64,000 bases of DNA. It comes from an uncultured virus (IMG/VR IMGVR_UViG_3300018475_001895) (lineage: Duplodnaviria; Heunggongvirae; Uroviricota; Caudoviricetes). Positions 28,466 to 38,187 of this stretch are shown piece after piece. The stretch lies in the IMG/VR virus record IMGVR_UViG_3300018475_001895, one strand, 5' to 3'. The position numbers and the translations under genes are program-made. Within the stretch, counting starts at the first letter, position 1, and every line of letters starts with the position of its first letter. Under the pieces are notes generated by a model that was not told the origin of the DNA, did no database searches, and was given only the letters and a program-made list of their open reading frames with translations.

Positions 28466-29311
28466 GTGAGGACAATAGCCTTCATATATGAAGATCCGAA
28501 TAGAGATCGACAAGGTTTCTATAAATTGAAACGAACCTATAGCGATCTGTATAAGAAAGTAAATTATACAACACCTGTACAGATGGTGCAGAACAGAATC
28601 ATTGAGTATGATATTAAATCTGCAAATATCAGCATGCTTCGACAAGCGGGTGTGGTTAAAAGTTCTACATTGGATGAATTAGAGAAACTCCCTAAGAAAG
28701 ACCGACAAGTATTAATCGGTAAAATGCAGAAACTTGACCCGAAACTGAAGAAGGTTATTGCCCGTGGAATCATTCAGGCTAAACATGATTTATTCCAAGC
28801 AAATGGAATCCAGGATAGTGAAGTGTTATCTATTAAAAATGATGCACTTTTCATCGCTGGAAGGCGTTTGAAATATACAAAGTTTGGTGAGGTTGAGTTT
28901 AGGCCTAAGAACACGTATTCTTTCTATATCAAAATTGAAGGGATTGAGTTCTATTATGATTCTAAAAATGATATAGTTGCTGTTAAAGGTGTGAATGATT
29001 CAATAGTTGAACATCCAGATCATCAGGAAGGTATGATTCGATTCTTTGCAAAAGTTATGAAATTCATGGTATATGATCATCGTGATGCTTTGCGAAGATA
29101 TCTGATTGAATTTTCTGATGACTATAAGAACAAACGCCTTCCGGTACAATACTATCGTGAGTTTGGTAGCGCTAATATTTACCGGACAAATATGGGCATC
29201 GCTGAATATAGTTTTAATTTGGTTGCTGCAGGCGAAGATGATAAAGAGATCATCAATGGTGTGTTCAATTATATGAAGTTTGTACTTCCACTTATACAGA
29301 CATTTATTTAG
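28466..29311 (+). CDS. Small family-B DNA polymerase-like palm protein (fragment or split polymerase)
   Basis: Motif A-like IEYDIKSANIS and motif C-like SIKNDALF; no exonuclease domain. Confidence 0.5.
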   Translation: MRTIAFIYEDPNRDRQGFYKLKRTYSDLYKKVNYTTPVQMVQNRIIEYDIKSANISMLRQAGVVKSSTLDELEKLPKKDRQVLIGKMQKLDPKLKKVIARGIIQAKHDLFQANGIQDSEVLSIKNDALFIAGRRLKYTKFGEVEFRPKNTYSFYIKIEGIEFYYDSKNDIVAVKGVNDSIVEHPDHQEGMIRFFAKVMKFMVYDHRDALRRYLIEFSDDYKNKRLPVQYYREFGSANIYRTNMGIAEYSFNLVAAGEDDKEIINGVFNYMKFVLPLIQTFI

Positions 29312-29327
29312 GAGGTGTAATCGCATT

Positions 29328-29813
29328 ATGATCTCTGGATTAGTTCTTGCATACATCTGGGCTGCGGTTATTTTCGTAGTAGGAATTATTCTGATGGTAT
29401 GTGGCTTTATCTTTATGAAACATGCTCGCAGGTATAAAAAGATGCAAGAAGAGCTTGTCAAGAAAGTTGAGATTCGAACGAAGAAGGAGTATAATAAGAT
29501 CGCTTTGATGTCTCCTAAGGATCTCAATACCTATTTGACACAAACATTTGCTAAGATGCTCGAGGTTGAGTCTCAAGCACATATCAGTGAGAAGGATTTT
29601 GAAGCCACTACAAAACTCTTTGCATATAGTTTGGCCGCGCTGGTAGATTTTCTTGGGCCTGAGACGATTGACGCGATTGATTACTATTACGGCAAAGACT
29701 ACGTGCAGAGATGGGCACAGTATTCGTATCGCTTGATTGAAGCTCGAAGACTTACTGACAGTGTGGTAAATAAAGCGATGATGTATGAATCGCTTACTAA
29801 CCATATGGTATAG
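29328..29813 (+). CDS. Membrane-anchored hypothetical protein
   Basis: ATG 29328 after AGGAGG; N-terminal TM helix LAYIWAAVIFVVGIILMVCGFIF. Confidence 0.7.
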   Translation: MISGLVLAYIWAAVIFVVGIILMVCGFIFMKHARRYKKMQEELVKKVEIRTKKEYNKIALMSPKDLNTYLTQTFAKMLEVESQAHISEKDFEATTKLFAYSLAALVDFLGPETIDAIDYYYGKDYVQRWAQYSYRLIEARRLTDSVVNKAMMYESLTNHMV

Positions 29814-29861
29814 TAAAAATAAGAGAGGAGTGGACCGTCTATGGCCCACTCCTTATTCTTT

Positions 29862-30506
29862 TTATTTGAAACTTTTTAACTGATCGGCAACATCAAACAA
29901 TCCTTGATCAAGAGATTTACCATCGGCATTTTTACATTCATCGATATATCGTTGAATATATCGAAAATGTTCGCGCTCCATACCATCACCCCATCTATCG
30001 ATAAAGCGATCCAGTCTGCCCCATGTGGCTTTAATATCAATGAAGATTCCCTTATTACTCTTTTTATTATGAGCACCACCAATATGAACCGGTTTAGAGA
30101 GCATGACAATCATGATATTATCGGCCTCGTGTTCAGCCAGTACCAAATCGGCGATCTTAAATGTAGTGATATCTGTATCACCTCTGAGAAGACAAGCACG
30201 TAGCACAATATCACAAATATCAAAAAGATTAAAAATTGGTCCATGATGCATTTCAATTTTTAGCTTAGGTGCTTCTGTAGGAAGATTTCCCATGATAACG
30301 CATTTATCCAGTCCACCTTCTTTAAGCTTATGGATGTAATCACTATAGCGGTCATCATCCCGGACCATAGCTTCACAGCCTTTTACATATTTTTCATACC
30401 GATCATAATCTTCAAGAAGATCTCTTTTTTCTGCTTCAAAGGAGATATATTCTTTAGCATTTTTACCGAGGCCATGTATTTTAAGGGGTTCAAATTTAGA
30501 AGACAC
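29862..30506 (-). CDS. HNH-like protein, paralog of 22414-23151
   Basis: DKCVI...IEMHHGPIF...VMLSKPVH; likely GTG start at 30506 after AGGAGG; AACACCCCTATA motif at 30537-30548. Confidence 0.6.
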   Translation of the reverse strand: MSSKFEPLKIHGLGKNAKEYISFEAEKRDLLEDYDRYEKYVKGCEAMVRDDDRYSDYIHKLKEGGLDKCVIMGNLPTEAPKLKIEMHHGPIFNLFDICDIVLRACLLRGDTDITTFKIADLVLAEHEADNIMIVMLSKPVHIGGAHNKKSNKGIFIDIKATWGRLDRFIDRWGDGMEREHFRYIQRYIDECKNADGKSLDQGLFDVADQLKSFK

Positions 30507-30741
30507 AAAAGACTCCTCCTTCTTTTGCAACATATTTATAGGGGTGTTGTCGCGTTTTTGAAGGATGACATCTTGTAGTATGACTATATGACCTCTTCAC
30601 AGATTGTCGGAATGTTACTGGGTGCAGCTATGTGCGTTCTGACGCGGCTTTTTGGCATGGACATATATTCTTCTCCGTTTTGTTTCTGCCTGTGTTTTTG
30701 TCAGGTGATTTCCAATTCTTTTCTCTTTCCTTTGTTGAGTG

Positions 30742-30781
30742 ATAACAGGAGTACCTTTAGGGGAGGTACTCCTGTTATTTT
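30742..30781 (+). terminator. Intrinsic terminator
   Basis: ATAACAGGAGTACCT/AGGTACTCCTGTTAT perfect stem followed by TTT. Confidence 0.75.
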
Positions 30782-30800
30782 CGTATTTATCGATACAGAA

Positions 30801-30812
30801 AACATCACTATA
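30801..30812 (+). promoter_or_regulatory. Putative late promoter AACATCACTATA
   Basis: AACA-N6-TA upstream of a three-gene operon ending in RNAP beta'. Confidence 0.7.
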
Positions 30813-30864
30813 ATCGGTAGAGACCGTGATTTGCGATGATTTATACAGAAAGGAGGAGTATCTG

Positions 30865-33042
30865 TTGACTTATGATTTTCTCGAGTCTCTATATGCAGAT
30901 GTACTATCGATTGTAAAAGGTCTGGTGGTAAAACGCGTAGACCTTGCTCGTGAGAATGAGACTATTGATACGGTCAGAGCATTTGAGACTTATCTGGCCT
31001 GTGTAAATGGGACTCGTTATTTTTATACTTTCAAAGAGTATGAATTGGAAATTTTAGAGAAGTATATGCCGAAAACACAAGCAGTAGCCTGCCATCTGGA
31101 TGCAAACAAAATCCCAGAGGAGCTGCGCGAGGCTATTGTGAACGATCAGGCTAAGTATGTATTGGACACATACGTTGAGCGAAATGAATATTACCGAATG
31201 CTAATTGGTCTTCCTCGGCTGGATGATACTCAATGGATATATGTCCGCAATCAAAGAGATATTCCCAGGGATGTGCCGATTCATCAGATGTCGATTGACC
31301 AAATTTCTCAGCTTGAAGTTCGAGGAGTATTAGATCAGTTGAAAGCTGATAATCCCAGTGCAGACTATCTGAATTATCTTGGTGTGAACTCTGTTGATTT
31401 GATTGAAGCACGGTTGGCAAAACCCTTTGAAATTCTTCGGATGGGTAGTACAACAAATGTTCGAGTAATGGATATGTTCCAGAAGGAGTATTACTTTGCT
31501 CGACGTTATATCATGTCTACGATCTATCATAGAGAACAAATCACTACTAAGACTCTATATGATCCGACGATCGGTGTTTTGATGTTGACGCTGGCTATTC
31601 GCAATACATTAGTACCTGATGAAAAAGCTTACCTTAATTTTGAAGAGATTCTTGACGCAATTCTGGAATCTTATGGGATGTTAAGGTATTTCCAGAAGTT
31701 TCCATTTACTTATAAGCAGAGACTAGTTCTTGCTATGGACCGTCTGCTGAAAGTAAAAGGAACTGATGGCGTGCTTGTTGATGTCTGTAAGTTGTTTTCG
31801 CAGGATGACCTGATTGCTAATCGGTATTTTCTTATGAAGACACAACCTAAAGACATTGATGGTAATATCAGTTTCACTGGAGATCCAAATCAGGACTATC
31901 GTCTTGATTTCATCAGAGCCGAAATTCAAGAGCATGATATCAATACACAGGAAGAAAATCGACTCTCATATGACACTGTCACTGACAATGACTTTCTTTG
32001 GCAGCTTACTCCTGAAGAGAAAGAGGAGATTCTTCTTACTGATTTTAATCTGATGATGACGAAGTATGTTGACGTAGAAGTTGCATACGAAGTCACGTCC
32101 CTTGTATTTGAAGTTTGTTGTTTTATTAATCTTATCTTGTATGCCAGAGATAACATTGCAAAGGTGACAATGGTCAATACTTATGCAACTTCTGGTAAGT
32201 GTACGTTATTCACGATGATGAACTTCCTTTTGGCTGCTATGGCTAAGAGGGCTCATTTTGATGGAAATATTGTATACGAGCCTACACAGATTGCAGAGAT
32301 CTGGAGATTCAATTATGATGATATCGAGGAGCAAGTCCGAGAGATTGTTAATAAGTATGAATTACAGATTGATGTGGACCGTGTCCTGGTTGAAGGATTT
32401 GATATGGAACTTGCCAAACCCCTTGGGAGGACAGATTCCCCTGATATTCTGTCCATATATGTAAAGAATCGAGCACTCTTCGATGCGATATTGGATGAGA
32501 TGCATAAAACGAATGATATCCGACAATATATTGCGTTATCTAACTGTAAGGATATTTTCTTTACATCTTCTAAGGAGCGTGAAACTTTCATCAAGCTTGA
32601 TGGGACATATGCAGAAACATACTATGAAATGTTGGAAGATCTTGATCCAAAATTAGCAAGAAAGCTTGATAGCATCGAAGATGAGGATGCACTGAATGGT
32701 CTGCTAGTGTATATTCTGGAGAAGCTGGAAGATCTATTTAACTCAGATGAGCTGAAATATCTATTCCTTAATACTCCTACTGTATACGCATCACTGATTG
32801 GTCGATATATCCGAATGGCGATTAATGTCTTCAAGGCGTCTTCCGTCCAGCTTCGCTCTATTAATATTTTCTTCTATCTTGGAGATAGAGATCCTATTCG
32901 TGTGATTGATGGTAAAGTTGTACATAAGAAGTATCCAATCAATGAATGGATTCATGTACAAGATACCGTAAGTACACATAAAACCATATTCCTGAATGAA
33001 TATATAGCAGTAGGTGATAAGGCCTACGCAAATATCGAGTAA
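30865..33042 (+). CDS. Putative virion structural (baseplate-type) protein
   Basis: ~725 aa; TTG after AGGAGG; late motif upstream; LLKVKGT segment resembles baseplate wedge proteins (inference). Confidence 0.55.
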   Translation: MTYDFLESLYADVLSIVKGLVVKRVDLARENETIDTVRAFETYLACVNGTRYFYTFKEYELEILEKYMPKTQAVACHLDANKIPEELREAIVNDQAKYVLDTYVERNEYYRMLIGLPRLDDTQWIYVRNQRDIPRDVPIHQMSIDQISQLEVRGVLDQLKADNPSADYLNYLGVNSVDLIEARLAKPFEILRMGSTTNVRVMDMFQKEYYFARRYIMSTIYHREQITTKTLYDPTIGVLMLTLAIRNTLVPDEKAYLNFEEILDAILESYGMLRYFQKFPFTYKQRLVLAMDRLLKVKGTDGVLVDVCKLFSQDDLIANRYFLMKTQPKDIDGNISFTGDPNQDYRLDFIRAEIQEHDINTQEENRLSYDTVTDNDFLWQLTPEEKEEILLTDFNLMMTKYVDVEVAYEVTSLVFEVCCFINLILYARDNIAKVTMVNTYATSGKCTLFTMMNFLLAAMAKRAHFDGNIVYEPTQIAEIWRFNYDDIEEQVREIVNKYELQIDVDRVLVEGFDMELAKPLGRTDSPDILSIYVKNRALFDAILDEMHKTNDIRQYIALSNCKDIFFTSSKERETFIKLDGTYAETYYEMLEDLDPKLARKLDSIEDEDALNGLLVYILEKLEDLFNSDELKYLFLNTPTVYASLIGRYIRMAINVFKASSVQLRSINIFFYLGDRDPIRVIDGKVVHKKYPINEWIHVQDTVSTHKTIFLNEYIAVGDKAYANIE

Positions 33043-33062
33043 AGAGAGGTGCACAATTACTC

Positions 33063-33950
33063 ATGGCTAATATTAAAATTCGTGGCGATCATATGACCGT
33101 GCTTGATACTGTGCATGATGATTCTGGTCGTCTTTTGGCTGAAGCAAGGCCTCATGAAGTCATTGGCGAGGTGGAAATCATTTTGGCTTCCAAATATGGC
33201 GGTAAAACGATTTTCACTCGTTCTCTGAGACGCAATGATCTGCTCGTTACTGGTGCAGTATTCTTGTCTGAAAAGGTGAACAATATTCGTTCTACTTTTA
33301 AGACTACTCCAATTGATTTGGAGCTCGGTGTTCACACAATTGAGGAGATCGATACTTCTTCTGATACTGTACCGTTGGAGAAGATCGTTGGCATCATGGT
33401 CGGTAATGGTGGTTGTGGTGATACCTATAATACAGTACATAAAGTTCATCGCACGGATCGTACTGTACCCGGCATGCTCCCCCTTCGGGTTGTACCTTTG
33501 GAGCATGATCTGGAAGGCGCTACACGCAATCGTTACCTCCTGCGTGTAGTAAAGGGCGACTATGCTTATTACTACGGTAAGAAGTTTACCGTTGAGCGTG
33601 AGATCAATGTCCAATATGAAGATGGCACGACCGTTCCTACAAACGTAGATATCATCGGCGATTCTAACGGGAAGTATATCAAGACTTTCACTAAGTATTC
33701 TGCGACATTGGATGAGACGGATATTCGTGAAGGTTTTAAGATCAGTCAGGGAAGTACCATGCGGTCGTTGGTAAATTCTGTTGGTCTGATGACAGGTTAT
33801 ATCGGAGAGGCGTCTGATTCCAAAGAAAAGGGCGGAAATGTTGAGGAAGTCTTCAATGCCCGAATGATGACTACTCTGAACATGGAGAACAATGAATTGA
33901 AAGATTCTGAGGCGACAGTTACTTTTATCTATCGTCTCTATTTCACTTAA
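33063..33950 (+). CDS. Putative tail/baseplate structural protein
   Basis: 295 aa, beta-rich, NDLLVTG...VGNGG...TFIYRLYF; late operon. Confidence 0.55.
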   Translation: MANIKIRGDHMTVLDTVHDDSGRLLAEARPHEVIGEVEIILASKYGGKTIFTRSLRRNDLLVTGAVFLSEKVNNIRSTFKTTPIDLELGVHTIEEIDTSSDTVPLEKIVGIMVGNGGCGDTYNTVHKVHRTDRTVPGMLPLRVVPLEHDLEGATRNRYLLRVVKGDYAYYYGKKFTVEREINVQYEDGTTVPTNVDIIGDSNGKYIKTFTKYSATLDETDIREGFKISQGSTMRSLVNSVGLMTGYIGEASDSKEKGGNVEEVFNARMMTTLNMENNELKDSEATVTFIYRLYFT

Positions 33951-33967
33951 TGAGGAGGGATTGACCA

Positions 33968-35212
33968 ATGGCGGAAAGGATTCTCAACGAGGCTCAGCAG
34001 AAAGAGCTGTTCCGCCTCATCGGTGATCCTGAAAAGTTGGATGCTCATATCATTGCAAATTTATTTGCTTATATGAAAGATGGCGGTATTAAGTATCATC
34101 CTGATGATATTATTACCATTGGACCAAATGAGTCGAAGTTTGTAAAACCCAATACGAAGACTACAATCGGTATCTATCTAGCAAATAAGTATATCTGGGA
34201 AGATCTGGCCATCTTCGGGTATATCAATAAACCCGTTACTGGCAAGGTAAATGGCAAGATTGATACCGCAATGGCAAAAGCTTTGATGTCTGGTGATATT
34301 ACACGGGAGCAATATGGTCGTTATATTGATCGTACACAGTGGTTATATGGTGGTCCTCTTGCTTTTATTATCAATACTTCCTTATCGGAAACTTTGATCA
34401 CTCTTCCTCCGGCTGCTAAAGCTCAGAAGAAGAAGCTCCTTGAAGAAAATCGAGAAGGCATTGAAGCGAATGATCCTCAGGTGTCTACTCATATTGAACA
34501 TGAAGTTGTTAAGACTGCATTGGATGAAATGAGGAAAAAGAATGACCCTGCTATGGCATTGTTTGATGCCGGTTGCGGTATTGATCCATATAACCAATAT
34601 AAGACAATTATGGTTATGAAGGGTGCTGTTCAGGATAATACAGGCGAATCTCCTACGGGATATAAGGTCATTACATCTAACTATGATACCGGTATCACTA
34701 AAGAAGATATGCCGAAAATCGCTGATACAGTTGTTACGTCATCCTATTCTTCTGGCGTTGCTACACAGGACTCCGGTACAAACGGAAAGAAATATAACGC
34801 TTTGTTTCAGCGAGTTCGACTTCAAAAGCGCGGTTCTGATTGTAGCACAACCGAGACGATTGCCGTTGATATCACAAAGGATAATGCAGACGACTATACC
34901 TGGCGGTATATCGTCGAAGGTAGTTCTAACGGTAGTAAGGGCAAACTTGTGATGCTTACTCCAGAAAATATTGACTCCTACATCGGCAAGACAGTAAAGA
35001 TGCGCACCGGTATCTACTGTAAGGCGAAAGACCCTGAGTATTGTTCTTGCTGTATTGGCGACAGACCATATCGTATCGGTGTGCGTAATATTGGGTTTAC
35101 GTTTATGACTATTTCAGGCTCTACCTTAAATGCTTCCTTGAAGCGTAAACATGACGTAAGCGTGAAGTTATATCCGATACAGATATCCGATGTGATGAAA
35201 TATGTGATGTAA
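33968..35212 (+). CDS. Phage RNA polymerase beta' C-terminal subunit
   Basis: Bridge-helix-like SSYSSGVATQDSGTNGKKY...SDCST; Zn site MRTGIYC...CSCCIG; trigger-loop-like TLNASLKRKH. Confidence 0.85.
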   Translation: MAERILNEAQQKELFRLIGDPEKLDAHIIANLFAYMKDGGIKYHPDDIITIGPNESKFVKPNTKTTIGIYLANKYIWEDLAIFGYINKPVTGKVNGKIDTAMAKALMSGDITREQYGRYIDRTQWLYGGPLAFIINTSLSETLITLPPAAKAQKKKLLEENREGIEANDPQVSTHIEHEVVKTALDEMRKKNDPAMALFDAGCGIDPYNQYKTIMVMKGAVQDNTGESPTGYKVITSNYDTGITKEDMPKIADTVVTSSYSSGVATQDSGTNGKKYNALFQRVRLQKRGSDCSTTETIAVDITKDNADDYTWRYIVEGSSNGSKGKLVMLTPENIDSYIGKTVKMRTGIYCKAKDPEYCSCCIGDRPYRIGVRNIGFTFMTISGSTLNASLKRKHDVSVKLYPIQISDVMKYVM

Positions 35213-35324
35213 TAAATCCCCACTGGTCTTAATTGATCAGTGGGGTAACATTTTGTATGAAAGGCGGAGAAAAAGAATCGGATGAAGGTTACCGATTCTT
35301 TGAGATGTGTTATGTTGATGGAAG

Positions 35325-35516
35325 TTATCCGACAACAATGCGACCCATATTGCCATATAAAGGCTCAGGACCAGGTTTACGATATTCAACAACAGGGAGC
35401 TCATCACTCAAATCTGTGTTGAAATTGTCGATTTTCATGTGTTCACAACATTCTTTTAAATGCATAAACGTCTCGACCAATCATTCCATCGAAGGATATT
35501 CCGCGTTGGTTCCCAT
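35325..35516 (-). pseudogene. Small ORF (63 codons) with in-frame TGA at codon 12; pseudogene, read-through gene or 11-aa peptide
   Basis: GAAAGGAGG SD, then MGTNAEYPSME*LVETFMHLKECCEHMKIDNFNTDLSDELPVVEYRKPGPEPLYGNMGRIVVG*; TGA at 35481-35483. Confidence 0.5.
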
Positions 35517-35711
35517 AATATCTCCTCCTTTCATACATAAAATGGAGAGAGGGTAGTGTCAGTACCCTCTCTCCATGCCTTCATTATTATAGTATATATG
35601 CGAAAGTTATGTTAAATTGGAAAAGTGCAGAGAGCCCAAATTGGGCTCTCTATTTTATTCTTAGCAGTTTCCTAACTTAGGTATAACACCCACTCGAAGG
35701 AGGTAATTATA

Positions 35712-36377
35712 TTGCTTGCGCACAAGGTAAATGAAGATGCACGACTGTTTTTCTTTGAGGTAAAATATCCTGAAGAATACGGTGTATGGTACCCCACATA
35801 TGATCAGGATATCGAATATCTGAAATCTCGAATCCTGACTTATCGTTCCGCTCATACGACTGAGATGGATATGGAGACCAGTCAGTATTATGAAGGTGCA
35901 AAAACGCTCATTGAAGTTTTCGATCTGTTCATGGCTACCGGCATCGCAACTATCTGTAAAGATATGAATGTACTGATCGAGAATATCAAAGAGCCGGAAC
36001 ATTTTGATCATGCAGAAGTTCAGTTTCATATGATCTATGATCAAACACAGGTTGATGATAACGGGAAAATGACAAGTTCTGCTAAAGGTGATTATAAAAT
36101 CACTCTTATCTATACTCGTGAAACCAATAATCCCTGTGGTATTTTCCTGATCTATGGAGAGAATCTCGATAATGGTAATACCTTTACCGTTGGAGATACT
36201 CTGGTATCTAAAATCGGGCTGACTACTGATCATTTAAACTGGTTGGACGAGGGTGCAAAATGTTTTCCTGCTGGTCCGATTCTGAAGTATAGTGAGAACT
36301 TTCCTATATATGCTACACTAGCTAATCAGATCATGGATCGTCTGAAGGATACGTTAGATATTATTGTGTATGATTAA
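35712..36377 (+). CDS. Hypothetical protein
   Basis: 221 aa; AGGAGG SD. Confidence 0.75.
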   Translation: MLAHKVNEDARLFFFEVKYPEEYGVWYPTYDQDIEYLKSRILTYRSAHTTEMDMETSQYYEGAKTLIEVFDLFMATGIATICKDMNVLIENIKEPEHFDHAEVQFHMIYDQTQVDDNGKMTSSAKGDYKITLIYTRETNNPCGIFLIYGENLDNGNTFTVGDTLVSKIGLTTDHLNWLDEGAKCFPAGPILKYSENFPIYATLANQIMDRLKDTLDIIVYD

Positions 36378-36394
36378 TAAGAATTGAGAGGTGA

Positions 36395-37114
36395 ATGGTT
36401 TTGACTGATATGAAGTCGATTACAGTCATTAAACGTGATGGTCGTGAGGTTGAATTCAATTACGATCGTATTACGAAAGCTATCAAGTCAGCAATGATTG
36501 CTGTGAATCCGCAGGGTTATATTAATGGTATTCCAGTTGAGCTTGCTGCTGCGAATGTCAAAGACGATGTTGTTTACGATATCGAGAAGTCCTTGCGATC
36601 TGATGCAGATAAAAAGATCACTGTAGAAGCAATCCAGGATCTCGTTGAAGAAGCTCTTATTCGTTTAGGCTATTCTGATATTGCCAGAGCGTACATCATC
36701 TATAGACAGAATCGTAATCGTGCACGCAATTATAAATCTGATATGATGAATATTATGCGTGAGATTACATATTCTGATGCTGTTGATGCTGATATTAAAC
36801 GCGAGAATGGTAATATCAATGCTGACTCTCCTATGGGAGCTATGCTCAAGTATGGTTCTGAAGTATCCAAACAGTTTGCGCATCAGGATCTTCTTACACC
36901 CGAACATAGCAAGGCTCATATGGAGGGAGACTGTCAAATACATGATTTGGATTTCCTTGCTACTGGTACATTGACTTGTAATCAGATTGATATTATCGAA
37001 CTTTTTAAGGATGGGTTTTCTACAGGGCACGGATATCTTAGAGAACCTGGTTCGATTCGATCTTATGCAGCTCTTGCATGTATTGCGATTCAGGCAGAGC
37101 AGAATGATATGCAT
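36395..37114 (+). CDS. nrdD: Anaerobic ribonucleoside-triphosphate reductase, exon 1 (ATP cone)
   Basis: VIKRDGREVEFNYDRI ATP cone, ENGNIN, IHDLDF, ...QNDMH; continues in frame as GGQS after the intron. Confidence 0.93.
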
Positions 37115-38187
37115 TTCGGTGTGTAAATTTACATTATTTCATTTTGATTAATGTAATATTTATATAATGTGGTGCCGCCATATAGGAAACTTATGGTGGA
37201 AACTCCGTAAACCTGTGATCCGCAGGGTGTGAAGATAACGAATAGTTACATCAGGAAATGGGTGTTTAATATCTTTGCTAACCGGGAACTGCAAGTGTGA
37301 CGACTTGTTAATCCGGTGCCACGTTCAAATTTATTTATACCATCACATTCATATTCTATAGGAAAGGAGGGTGCATTATGAGCAAAGTTCAGGTTAATAC
37401 ATTATGGTCATTGGAAAACATAAAAGACCAATACATATTTGATACTGAAACTCTTGATATTACAAATATATGGAGTGGCAGAATTATTTCTGTGTATATA
37501 GATAAACGTGGATATCCTGCTGTATCTATGAGTTTGAAAAATCCAACAAAAACTGGCAGAAGATATGCTAATGTAAAATATCATAAAATTATTGCATTAG
37601 CATGTATAAACAATGGTCCATATAAGCTCATTGAACATCTTGATGATAATCCATTAAACTTTCATCCGAGCAATCTTAAGTTTTCAACTCAAACCGAAAA
37701 TGCAAAAACTATGCGTGCAAATGGAATCAATAATCATATTGATTCAATCTTTGAGTTGATGCTAACAGATGGAACGAAGTATATTGGAACAACAAAAGAG
37801 ATTTCAGAGCAAAGCGGTATTCGCAGAGGCGCCATATATGATAAGATGTATCAGCGATATGATAAATCTCATACAAGGACTCAGCGAAAATATAATATAC
37901 AACACGTTAAACTTCTCTATTCTGGGAATGAGCGGAGGAACGCTACAAAGAAAGAAAAGGTGCTACGGGAAAGGGATAGTGATGGGTTCCTTATCCTACA
38001 TAGAATTAATAATTTGAACAGGTTCAGAGACTAACGAAAGGATAGCCGGCGCATAAGGTTTGAGTCTTATCAACTCTTAACGGCGAGTAACCGAGTAGTG
38101 TTAGCTCCGAGATGGATACGGGAGCGAAAATGGAGGGCCCTAACTAGGTGAAGCTAGAGGGCTGAGATATAGTCCGTTGGCCCGACG
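37115..38187 (+). mobile_element. Group I intron in nrdD (1073 nt) carrying an HNH homing endonuclease
   Basis: P1: exon AUGCAU, UUCG loop, GUGUGU with U.G at the splice site; R CAGAGACTA 38025-38033; S AGATATAGTC 38165-38174; terminal G 38187; splicing restores NDMH|GGQSIPNFEYG. Confidence 0.92.
37378..38034 (+). CDS. Intron-encoded HNH homing endonuclease
   Basis: HKIIA...IEHLDDNPLNFHPSNLKFSTQTEN; GAAAGGAGG SD; stop overlaps intron P7. Confidence 0.88.
   Translation: MSKVQVNTLWSLENIKDQYIFDTETLDITNIWSGRIISVYIDKRGYPAVSMSLKNPTKTGRRYANVKYHKIIALACINNGPYKLIEHLDDNPLNFHPSNLKFSTQTENAKTMRANGINNHIDSIFELMLTDGTKYIGTTKEISEQSGIRRGAIYDKMYQRYDKSHTRTQRKYNIQHVKLLYSGNERRNATKKEKVLRERDSDGFLILHRINNLNRFRD

Noticed and set aside
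35481..35483. Genome-wide stop-codon reassignment (TGA=Trp or TAG=Gln)
   Set aside because: Long genes are intact under code 11, and TGA/TAG end genes normally (for example the ATGA overlap at nrdD/nrdG); only this one internal TGA was seen
35233..35556. 107-aa plus-strand ORF
   Set aside because: Begins inside a terminator hairpin; SD, promoter motif and terminator all favour the minus strand
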